This document shows, one piece after another, positions 38,587-49,400 of a stretch of DNA of 64,000 nucleotides. The position numbers and the translations under genes were made by a program. Source of the stretch: Amphiscolops sp. MND2022. Lineage: Eukaryota. Each line of letters starts with the position of its first letter. The first letter of the stretch is position 1. Location: contig OZ076409.1 of assembly GCA_964187785.1 (NCBI GenBank), forward strand, positions 66,032,001-66,096,000. Direction: 5' to 3'. The notes beneath the pieces are model-generated. The model made no database searches, had not been told where the DNA came from, and worked only from the letters and a program-made list of their open reading frames with translations.

Positions 38587-38809
38587 TTCACATACCCCTA
38601 GTGCCCTGAATGCAGAAGCGAAGCGATGCGGAGCGACGTGTCATATGGCCATGCCTCAATGTTGCTACTTGGCGAAGGGAGCGAAGCGACCGAGCCACAC
38701 AACAAATACGATAAAATTCGACCGCATTCCATTCGATCCCTGCAATTCGCTCAAAAGGTTCGACCTCTGTCCTTCCGACCAGAAAAATTCGACCTATTTA
38801 CAGCCACCC

Positions 38810-38997
38810 GTTTCTTTAGGCGAGAGCAGTGAAATTTTCATCACGCGTCTCTAAAATGCTCTGTCGTTCGCACGATGATCAACGAGCTGGCAGCTTTTTG
38901 AAGCAGCGGATTTGAATGGCTCTTCAGATTGGCAATGCGGCCTGTGTTCTAGGAACTGTGAGCGACAGAGATGCGTTTGAAGAAATTTATTACATAG
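38810..38997 (+). mobile_element. CRE-like non-LTR retrotransposon, 3' end (continuation of 31340-33729)
   Basis: Reading resumes after the TSD: SLGESSEIFITRL...RAGSFLKQRI*MALQIGNAACVLGTV, the typical RLE-clade C-terminus. Confidence 0.8.
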
Positions 38998-39137
38998 TTT
39001 TTTTTAAAAAAAACTCATTGCAGCTTTTGAAAAAAATTCTACCGGTCGACTGCGGTAGTGGCTGGTATGAGTAGTTTGTTGGTTGTTATTTGTGCTACTG
39101 GGATAGTGGCCAGTATGGGGTTCCCTACGTTCGTTGC

Positions 39138-39222
39138 AGACCACGGGTGTGTGTCTTCTCCGCCCAACATGATGATACACATGGCACTTGATTGATGACA
39201 AAGATCCATGATATCTGATAGA
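39138..39222 (+). repeat. Dispersed repeat; uninterrupted version of the sequence split at 42946-42982 / 43901-43952
   Basis: ACCACGGGTGTGTGTCTTCTCC...ATGATACACATGGCACTTGATTGATGAC...ATCTGATAGAG is contiguous here but separated by ~920 bp at 42.9-43.9 kb and 44.8-45.8 kb. Confidence 0.75.
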
Positions 39223-40753
39223 GTAAAAAAATTTTAGGTTTTGCGCGATTTAAGTTTTGATTTTTCAAGCAACAGGAACGATTTCTTTGAATTCGTTTTC
39301 TACGTCTTCCAAAAAAAACGTGCATATATCACTGTACACTTGAAACATACATAGCGTTGTTTAACATGATGGAATTCAAAATTTTGATGTTCATACTATT
39401 TTGGAATTGATACAGAACGTTTCAATGAAAACTATTCAATTAAGCCTTTCCGTTGAAGACAATATTTTGAGGCCGAAGGAAACCAATTGATTTAATTGAA
39501 TGAGCAGTCATTGTGATTAGCGCAAAAGGTTTACTCTCAACAGTATCTGTTTTCTGTCTTATTGTTCACTGCAAAGTGTGTAACTGCGTCATTTTGCCCA
39601 AACGAAAACAGGCACCTTTCCATTTTGTAAAACATCACCAAACGCTTTGGATCGGTGGTGACAGTGGATGTAAATTCCGTTTTTGCTCAGACGGAACGAA
39701 CGTAGAAACGAAAACAATATATCCAAGGTTGGTGCTACACTTATGCTCCTATTGTCTTTCAATTTGATACTTTCAATTTGACCTCGAAATGGAGCATCTG
39801 TATTACTTGACTTTTTGTCATGCATTCTGTCCAAAGAATGATAGCCAAACAAAAACATCAAGCTCTTGAGATTCCAAAAGGTGAAGGATTCTTTTCGAAT
39901 ATCCAGAGTTCTTAATAAAGCATTCGTTTCAAATGTCACGCAGTGCACCATCTCTTTTAAAGCACTGTCCTTTTCCATGTGATTTCAAACAGGCAAAAAG
40001 AACGCATGAACCACGTTCTCCAGTTTCCCCGCAAAAAAGCGATTTCTTTGGAGTTACTAATTCATTTCACCGGTTGAAAACTTGGGTGCTTGAAATGGCC
40101 GCTTTCAAAGAGTGATCACAAGGGAAATCTGAAGGCAGGTCCTGTCAATAAATATTATGTTGCTCTGCAAGCGAATTGACTGGAGTTGTCAAAGACTGTT
40201 CTCACAGACACCTTCTATCAGAAAAAGTTTGTCCTAACGTTCGAAGTGCCAACAGAACCAACCTTTTTGAATAACGAAAAACCTATTTCCCTTCATGTCA
40301 TTCTATTCTGTGTTTAGCTACTATTTTAGGAAACTGGAAACGTTTGACTTGACCAACGTTTCGGATTGTCGCACCAGTATTGATACCAAATTGGGCGAAG
40401 AGAAGTCGTAGACTTGATGATTCTTTTCTGTCCCGTTGATTTAATCTGTCGATTTTACAAAGTGTTTAGAGAGTAAATTGCATTTCCCCTGAATGTGAAA
40501 AAATGTGACTTTGACAACTTTTGAAGAAATAAATTTGATAGGGTCACCTTGTCTGTGAGATGAGCTGTCACGAAAATATCAATTTCTGTTTTCAAATTTT
40601 CATTGACAACTAATCTAACTTTGTTCGACTATCTTCGATGATGCAACGATCAACTATTAATCTGTACTCGTGAGAAAAAACATCTGCCAGCCCATAAACA
40701 GTTGGAAAAAGTTTTGGAATCAATGTAAACTAAATCAAGAATAAAAATAAAAA

Positions 40754-40792
40754 GGAAAACGTTTTCGATGTAACAACATCATCATCAGTCTG
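40754..40792 (-). ncRNA. Minimal hammerhead-ribozyme-like motif at the Penelope 3' end
   Basis: Minus strand: CUGAUGA-U-GAUGU(UGUU)ACAUC-GAAA-ACGU-UUUC, i.e. conserved core, stem II and palindromic stem III. Stem I is weak. Confidence 0.6.
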
Positions 40793-40929
40793 AAAATAAA
40801 AATATATCAGTAATAAACAGCTTCCATGACGAGCTGTGAGATTATAAAATAATTTAAATAAAATAAAACAAAGTCCTTTGAACAGATGATTAATCACCAC
40901 AATATTATTCAATTTCTGCATCGAAGCTC

Positions 40930-42790
40930 TCACAACTTGACTGTAAGGGGGCGGCTGGTGTACTCCTCTTTCCCATTAATCTCAGGTCGTAACATAGCAA
41001 TATAAAGTGACTCCAACGTAACAAGAGTAGAAACATTGTAATGTTTATCAATAATTTTCAAATCGTAGGATTGCAACGAACCACAAGTGCGTAGATGCTG
41101 TCCAATTGGTGCCTTCTCCTTAAGATGCTCATTTACACGGGTTTTCAAATGCCTGTACGTCTGCCCGACATAGCAAGCATTACAGCTTGAACATGTAAAT
41201 TGGTAAATAACCCTGCTGCTGAGCTCCTTTGGAGTAGCTGGCTTCAAACTGGGCAATGCTGTCTTTAATTTTCTTGTCGTAAAAATAACATTCACGGGAG
41301 CAGCTTTTCTGATCTTCTCGCCCAATTTATCAGACAGTTTACCTCGATATTGCAAAATCAATACTTTTCGTTCATTTTTGTCTTTTTTGTTTTTGGTTTC
41401 CGAGGGTTCGGCTGATGGTACTTTCTCCCTCAGAATCTTCTCCAAAGTGTGTCGAACTATTGGGTTAAAGAAGGATGGAGGGTACTGATTAGCCTCCCAG
41501 ATTTCCTTGGCTCGGGTCAATCCGTCGTGAAATTTCTGCCAAGTTGAGCAAGCATTGTGAATGCGGTGCACCATACCTTGAATTGTGTTCCTTTTGTATC
41601 TCTGTGGAGCACACGCATGGTAAGACAAGCAAAGCCCTGTATCTGTAGGTTTTTGGTACCAGCCAGAAGTAAGCGGGCCATCTCTTCTCTCAATGACCAT
41701 ATCTAGAAAAGGTAATTGGGAGTCTGATTCTTTCTCAACAGTAAACTTCAGATTGGGATGTAAGCTATTTATTCTCCCGAGTAGGTCTTCGATTTCTTCT
41801 TCCTTAATTGAGCGCAAAATATCGTCCATGTACCTGTGGAATAATCTAGATGGTTCTTCCTGCCTTTGGGAGAGTTCCACTCTACACCCACAATGCCAAG
41901 TTCCCCTCGGAATCGATCTAATATATTTCACTGACCATCCAAGGCATGCTCTGTGGTACCAAAAAGCACATCGGTTGCATTGCACAGAATACCCTCTAGC
42001 GGTGACTCTTTTCCCACATTTCCCGCACGGGTCCTTTTCGCTCACTGAACATGTTTCTTCTTTTGATTTTTTTTCTTCCAGGCAGTCAATAGGGCCACCA
42101 AGAAATGGCTCAAAGGATTTCAACTATATGTTCGCTAGGAAAACAGCGAGCTTGGAACCGATCGCTAAACCATCTACCTGTTCAAACCACTCTTGGCCCA
42201 CTTGAAATTTCACATTTTTCACATCCACTTTCATAAGTTCCACAAAAATGCTCTTTTCGATTTGCTGTGGGCTATTGCTGTATATTTTGTCCGCTGCTAA
42301 TGCTATAGCCTCATCCACGGTGACATTTGTATACAGGCTAACAACATCCAGAGAAATCAGCACCTCGTCTTCTAAGTGCACTGTGTTGATGTCCTCTTTT
42401 ATTTTCTGTGTCGATGTCTCTATCCCTGCGCCTTCTACATCTTCTATAAGCTCAGCCAGGGCTGATGTCATAGCAACTCCCTGGTAGCGATAACACTGGT
42501 CTGAGTGGTTTTCCCTTTTTGTGTATCTTCGCTAGCCCATAGAGTTTGGCAGGCTGAGCTCCGCAGCTTCTAGAACGGTCGTAGAATTTTTGATCGATTT
42601 TGCCGTCCTTGAGAAATGCATTTAGTTTTCCATTTAATTCTCTTTCCGCTTTCAGTAAAATATCGTGTCCAATCCCTTGTAGTTTTTTGAACTGTGGCCC
42701 GTCCATGAGTTTCGTCAATTTTTCGTTGTAAAGTTCATCACTCATGACACAGAAACCCAAACCTTTATCAAAAGGCACAGTTATTGGGTT
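40930..42790 (-). mobile_element. Penelope-like element (RT + GIY-YIG endonuclease), 5'-truncated, with one stop and one frameshift
   Basis: PFDKG, LYGLAKIHK..PLRPV, SLDVVSLYTNV, QVDGLAIGS, RYMDD, LPFLD, YQKPTDTG; GIY-YIG VIYQFTCSSCNACYVGQT..RVNEH..LESLYI..IN. Confidence 0.95.
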
Positions 42791-42982
42791 ATCTCGTAGA
42801 AAATTATTTCTCTACCCCCTGTTACTCAACTAAAGCCTGTACGTGGCCAACTAAAGAAACGTTCGACCCCTTCAACTGACTTGTCCTTTCGACGACGCGC
42901 GCCAAATACAATCTACCGGCGCCACCACATGCTGGATGTCTCATGTACCACGGGTGTGTGTCTTCTCCCCCCATAATGATAC

Positions 42983-43900
42983 GGTATGGAACCAGCGTGT
43001 AGAATCTAGTTTGTATAAAAGTGAGGCCCAGTTTGTTGAATTTTTTCTACAAACTGGATTCTACAAAATGGGGTCAGGGACATTTCGTCACCAGCCATTT
43101 GGGCGACAATATGGCGTCGATCACATGGGCGACAAAAGTGTCGACCAAATGGGTTGATCAAATTGATCAATTAACTGATATGTTTGAAGAGGTTAGCATA
43201 TTTGTTGTATGGCTCGGTCGCTTCGCTCCCTTCGCGAAGTAGCAACATTGAGGCATGGCCATTTGGCACGTCACCCAGCTTCTCTCCTGCATTTAGGGCA
43301 CTAGGGGTATGTGAACATATTTGGCCATTTAGTCTACGGGACATTTGGGCATTATTGTCGGCGAAATGGGTTGAAATTTTTGTCGCCCAAATGGCTGGTG
43401 ACGAAACGTCCCTGCCCCACAAAGTTAGGTCCAGTCTGTAGAATACCAGTTTGTAGAATTCTGGAATTGAACCAAAACGATAAGACCAATAATGTAGGAA
43501 CGATGCAAAGCATAGAACGTGCCTCGGATATGTCCTCATTTCCGCTGGTGCCCCGCGGCCCCTGGGGGCCGCTTATGTTCCCATCTTGCTAAGCGAGGTC
43601 GAACAGGAGCAAAGACCTAGTGGGAACGGAGATCGCGAAGCGATCGTAGTGGGAGCTGGTATTTGCGACGGTGAGGGTGAGCGTGCATACACCGGATATG
43701 TCCCACATTTCAGTTTTTAGATCTTATTCTTTTAGATCTTAGGCGGTGGAGCTCTCAAGATCTCGTGTGAAGGATGTCCAGTTTGTAGAATATAATGATC
43801 CAGTTTGTAGAATTCAATGATCCAGTTTGTAGGAAAAAAAATTCTACAAACTGGACCACATAGGACCGGTTTGTAGAATTCTACAAACTGGACCTAATTC
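42983..43900. mobile_element. Composite TIR-type insertion rich in CCAGTTTGTAGAAT motifs (second copy 44844-45761)
   Basis: Interrupts the repeat seen intact at 39138-39222, with ATGATAC on both sides; inverted pair TTAGGTCCAGTCTGTAGAAT (43425) / ATTCTACAAACTGGACCTAA (43897). Confidence 0.6.
43071..43418. mobile_element. MITE with ~39-bp TIRs (second copy 44932-45279)
   Basis: GGGTCAGGGACATTTCGTCACCAGCCATTTGGGCGACAA / TTGTCGCCCAAATGGCTGGTGACGAAACGTCCCTGCCCC; degenerate ACAAA(A/G)T flanks. Confidence 0.8.
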
Positions 43901-44581
43901 GATGATACACATGGCACTTGATTGATGACGGAGATCCATTATATCTGATAGAGGAAAAAAACTCATGTATCAGTTTAATTTACAAATAGGAACCACGGAT
44001 TTTTACAATAAGCCTGAATTATTTTTATTATTATGATTTCGAAACAGGGCCAGGGATGTCCTCCCAGTTTTTAGCTTCATATTTTCCACCTGGCAGGTTT
44101 CTGAGTTTTGATGTTATATGGTATCAAAGTAGTTCCATAAATAACACAGAAGTCTGCTTTTCAATCCATTGGCACGTTCAAATTCAATGTTTCTGGGTAA
44201 ATGATAGTTTCAGATTGTCTGTAGTTGTTCAGGCATCAACTTTTTGCCAAACAAATAGCCATTGGCTATCTTAATATTGTTTATCGATTCACTTCTCAAT
44301 GAAGGTTTAGTATTATGTACCAGCTGTTTGAACGCAACATCCGTGGCAATGCAATGATATGTTTACTCGTGCCCAAGAAAATTGATCTTGCAAAGTAGAT
44401 CTATGTAGTTGAATATTTCGTAGTGCTAATCGTTGAAACTCGAATTGTTTTGCTATTGGCCTACTCTAAAATTTGTTCATACTTCAGATAGAAATGATGA
44501 CGATATAATAAATGCACATGAACATGGACCACAGATCTTTGACTATGGCGGAGAAAGATAGATAACCCACGTTGAAAGCAA

Positions 44582-44739
44582 ATGGCCACTGAAAAACAAG
44601 AGTGTCAGAAGGCGCATGACGTGACCAAAGTTGTCGTTCGATGTATTCCAGCAACACTAACTGAACAAGAACTTCTTGACTTGTTCACTGAATGGACTGA
44701 TCATATCGAGTCTTATTACCTGTTGAAAAATGTTGCGAG
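44582..44739 (+). other. UPF3: Duplicate copy of UPF3 coding exon 1 with intact ATG and GT donor
   Basis: MATEKQECQKAHDVTKVVVRCIPATLTEQELL...; differs from 46443-46600 by one R/C codon; donor AG|GTAAAT at 44740. Confidence 0.8.
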
Positions 44740-46442
44740 GTAAATAAAATCTGGTTCGATTATATAATCAAATTTTTTGGCGCCACCACATGCTGGATGT
44801 CTCATGTACCACGGGTGTGTGTCTTCTCCCCCCATAATGATACGGTATGGAACCAGCGTGTAGAATCTAGTTTGTATAAAAGTGAGGCCCAGTTTGTTGA
44901 ATTTTTTCTACAAACTGGATTCTACAAAATGGGGTCAGGGACATTTCGTCACCAGCCATTTGGGCGACAATATGGCGTCGATCACATGGGCGACAAAAGT
45001 GTCGACCAAATGGGTTGATCAAATTGATCAATTAACTGATATGTTTGAAGAGGTTAGCATATTTGTTGTATGGCTCGGTCGCTTCGCTCCCTTCGCGAAG
45101 TAGCAACATTGAGGCATGGCCATTTGGCACGTCACCCAGCTTCTCTCCTGCATTTAGGGCACTAGGGGTATGTGAACATATTTGGCCATTTAGTCTACGG
45201 GACATTTGGGCATTATTGTCGGCGAAATGGGTTGAAATTTTTGTCGCCCAAATGGCTGGTGACGAAACGTCCCTGCCCCACAAAGTTAGGTCCAGTCTGT
45301 AGAATACCAGTTTGTAGAATTCTGGAATTGAACCAAAACGATAAGACCAATAATGTAGGAACGATGCAAAGCATAGAACGTGCCTCGGATATGTCCTCAT
45401 TTCCGCTGGTGCCCCGCGGCCCCTGGGGGCCGCTTATGTTCCCATCTTGCTAAGCGAGGTCGAACAGGAGCAAAGACCTAGTGGGAACGGAGATCGCGAA
45501 GCGATCGTAGTGGGAGCTGGTATTTGCGACGGTGAGGGTGAGCGTGCATACACCGGATATGCCCCACATTTCAGTTTTTAGATCTTATTCTTTTAGATCT
45601 TAGGCGGTGGAGCTCTCAAGATCTCGTGTGAAGGATGTCCAGTTTGTAGAATATAATGATCCAGTTTGTAGAATTCAATGATCCAGTTTGTAGGAAAAAA
45701 AATTCTACAAACTGGACCACATAGGACCGGTTTGTAGAATTCTACAAACTGGACCTAATTCGATGATACACATGGCACTTGATTGATGACGGAGATCCAT
45801 TATATCTGATAGAGGAAAAAAACTCATGTATCAGTTTAATTTACAAATAGGAACCACGGATTTTTACAATAAGCCTGAATTATTTTTATTATTATGATTT
45901 CGACACAGGGCCAGGGTTGTCCTCCCAGTTTTTAGCTTCATATTTTCCACCTGGCAGGTTTCTGAGTTTTGATGTTATATGGTATCAAAGTAGTTCCATA
46001 AATAACACAGAAGTCTGCTTTTCAATCCATTGGCACGTTCAAATTCAATGTTTCTGGGTAAATGATAGTTTCAGATTGTCTGTAGTTGTTCAGGCATCAA
46101 CTTTTTGCCAAACAAATAGCCATTGGCTATCTTAATATTGTTTATCGATTCACTTCTCAATGAAGGTTTAGTATTATGTACCAGCTGTTTGAACGCAACA
46201 TCCGTGGCAATGCAATGATATGTTTACTCGTGCCCAAGAAAATTGATCTTGCAAAGTAGATCTATGTAGTTGAATATTTCGTAGTGCTAATCGTTGAAAC
46301 TCGAATTGTTTTGCTATTGGCCTACTCTAAAATTTGTTCATACTTCAGATAGAAATGATGACGATATAATAAATGCACATGAACATGGACCACAGATCTT
46401 TGACTATGGCGGAGAAAGATAGATAACCCACGTTGAAAGCAA

Positions 46443-49400
46443 ATGGCCACTGAAAAACAAGAGCGTCAGAAGGCGCATGACGTGACCAAAGTTGTCGTTC
46501 GATGTATTCCAGCAACACTAACTGAACAAGAACTTCTTGACTTGTTCACTGAATGGACTGATCATATCGAGTCTTATTACCTGTTGAAAAATGTTGCGAG
46601 GTAAATAAAATCTGGTTCGATTATATAATCAAATTTTTTGGAGGACCCTTCAAAATGTTTTTGTAATAGCATGGATCAGTCTGAAATGTGTCGCTTCTAC
46701 ATGGGATTCAAAGATCTGCAGAAAGCTCTCGCTTTTCATGGAAACTTTGACGGCTATATCTTGAATGATACCAGACTGGTTGTGGAGTTGGCGCCTTACC
46801 CGAGACTTCCAAAAGCATCTCGTTGGAAGGTAGATGCTAAACAGGGTAGCATTGACCAAGGTAATTTTTAATCTTCGATACAAAACATCCGCCTTGATTT
46901 TAACAAAACTTGATCTGGCCATAATAATTTCAAGACGCAGAATATCTGGCATATGTGGAAACATACGAGTCTGAAAGTCCCTCGAAACAGAGTGCTCAGT
47001 CAAATCAAGAGCAACTGCTGATAGAGATGGAGAAACGAAAAGAAGCTAGAGCTTCCAATCAAAATGAAGTCACTCCTCTCATTCAGTCCATCATTGACAG
47101 CCGCACTGTAAGATACACATTTGTTTTTAATTGGTTATCCGAGGCCATGATGAATAAATATGTATTTTCAAACAAAGTATGAATATGCACATATAAAAAA
47201 CGTTATGGATATGTATTTTTGTGCGTTCAAAAATGAAATTGAGCTTCAACTTTGTTGATTGCACTGGTTTCTGTTTTTTTTTCGTTCATTCAAGTCATTT
47301 GAGTTCATTTTGGGTTATGTTTTCCGTTATCGGAGTTGAGTTATTTCATCATTCTTGCACATAACAGAAAAAAAAACGCGTAATTATTGAAGCTTTTTGA
47401 AAACCTCAAGTGTAATAACAGCCGTAAAGCTGGCGTTCCATTTGAGAAAAATCCCATTGTGCCAAAAAATCGAAGGTTTACTCAACTAAAAACCAAAGGT
47501 AAGACTTTTTTGTAATATGGGCACATAAAGTATTATCAACCTACCGGCCTATGGTTTCGGCGCGCTTAGTCCTTTTTGAGTAACAGTAAAGTGAAAAAAT
47601 AATAATAATGACAATATAAGACCCTTTGGTGAGAAAAATTCGAAAGAAATCTCGAAGTGAGGCCCTTTGATATTTTGTAATTTTAAGGGCGGACCCTTTT
47701 TATCAATTTGGCCTTATTTAAACCTTTGCCGAAAAGTAGAACTTTTGTAGAATTTGTTGTCAGTTAAATCGATTGAAATGAAATAGAAAAAGTGCAAAGC
47801 CACTATAATTGCCGGTCTGTCTTTCATACAGCGCCGACTAAAATTGAATGCAGAAAATTAGAGGAGTTGGGAGTGCTTTGACAAAATCTTGAGCATTCTT
47901 TGTAGAGCTGCACTGCAACTTGTGTTCTTGATAATTGATTTTTTTCTTTTTTGGTCTCTTTTAAATCCTTCTTTATATTCAATAAATTTTAAAAACATAT
48001 AGACCGTACGCATCGAAACGTGTAATGGTCTACGTATGTATGGTCCAGGTTACAGAGGGAGCTTGTCAAAAAGGTGTGGAATGTGTCGAACAAAACACCG
48101 GATCGCAAAGTAGATGCTCGTCTATATAACAGCGTATTTAAATCGAGTTGCTCGTTATGAAATTATTGAGAGCTTGAGAGCCTCCCCTCTTCAACGATTG
48201 CGCTCATAGAGGACTCGACCTGGATGACCGTGTGTTTAAGAGATCTACATCCTCTAATAAACAGAATTGAACTCCTCGAAAGTGCAAAACTAACCTTCGT
48301 CCTGATAAATCCTACGACATCAGCGTATGGCTCGGAAGTTGTGTCGCTGAGCTTGACCGTGAGTCTTGTGATGATTTTCGATGCGGACGGTCCGGTTCCT
48401 CCTGTAGTCGCGAAGACGAGTGAGCTGGAAGAGCTCTTTTCGATATTCATGATACGTTGCTAGTATATGCGTTTCCTGCTTGAATTTGTTTCGGACAGGA
48501 GTTAGCGAGCGGTTGAAGATTGACATCGAAGGTTTTTGAATAGAAAAGTCTGTTTGCTTTGATGTCTAATCTAGCTTCATCTTCAGTGCTCGTTGATTTA
48601 TTATCGAAGATCTCGCCTTCTAACGGCTGAAGTTTCGGTTCGATTTCAACATCGTTGCAGACGTCTCCTAGGAGCTTAGCGAATGTGTCGCGAATTTCAT
48701 TGTGCCGCATTTGGTTATATCCGCCTGTTGCACAGTGTAAAGCCTGTGATATAACAAAAGGTTCACCGCATGCACACAAAATACTGAGATTTTTCGCTTC
48801 CCTTCCATATCGGAGAGCTAAGCCGTCTCTGAATCGATTTGTTTAGGGCGAGGCCATATTTCTGCAGAGAAAGCGCGTTGAACCAACTAGAGGCTCCTTT
48901 TACTGAGGACAGCTTAACTCGCCCTCAGTTACGACCTCTTCCAGTTTTTCAATTTTCGTGATGTTTTGTAATTTGTCTCTTGAGTTCGCGAGTACTGTGA
49001 ATTTTCCGCGGCTAGGGACTCCACTCCGTTCAGACATTCACTCAAGGCGACCGATCGTGAATAGTCCCCGGTGCGGCCATCGGATGAGAGGATGTTGAGA
49101 CCATTTTTTAGATGGAGTGAGAAGAGCAAACGCTGCTCTTCTGTGTGAGCGGTCTTTCCAGTGAGCGCAGTAGCAGTTTTTCCGAGATGGTCTTTTCTGT
49201 TTCTTTAGTAAAGGCTCCATGTCGGGTGTGGTTTGGGAGAGAAACGAGAATTTGTTCTGTATACCTTGTCTAAAGGCGTGGTATACCTTTTGCGGCGATT
49301 GTCGGGCGTGAGTGGCGAGCTTTTAGACTTGGTGCTGGTATTCAGTGGTGACGTTTTCTGAATTCGTTGCACGCTGCTTCGGAGCGTATTGTGGAACCTA

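Larger units (their letters stand above)
33730..38809. mobile_element. MULE-like MITE (~350 bp net) inserted in the CRE element and hosting the Gypsy insertion
   Basis: TIRs GGGTGGGCGAAAATAGGTCGAA / TTCGACCTATTTACAGCCACCC; exact 9-bp TSD GTTTCTTTA at 33721-33729 and 38810-38818. Confidence 0.85.
42918..46641 (+). repeat. Near-perfect tandem duplication, 1861-bp unit (42918-44778, 44779-46641)
   Basis: Identical ORF sets offset by 1861; about 4 substitutions seen; GG microhomology at the junction. Confidence 0.95.
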
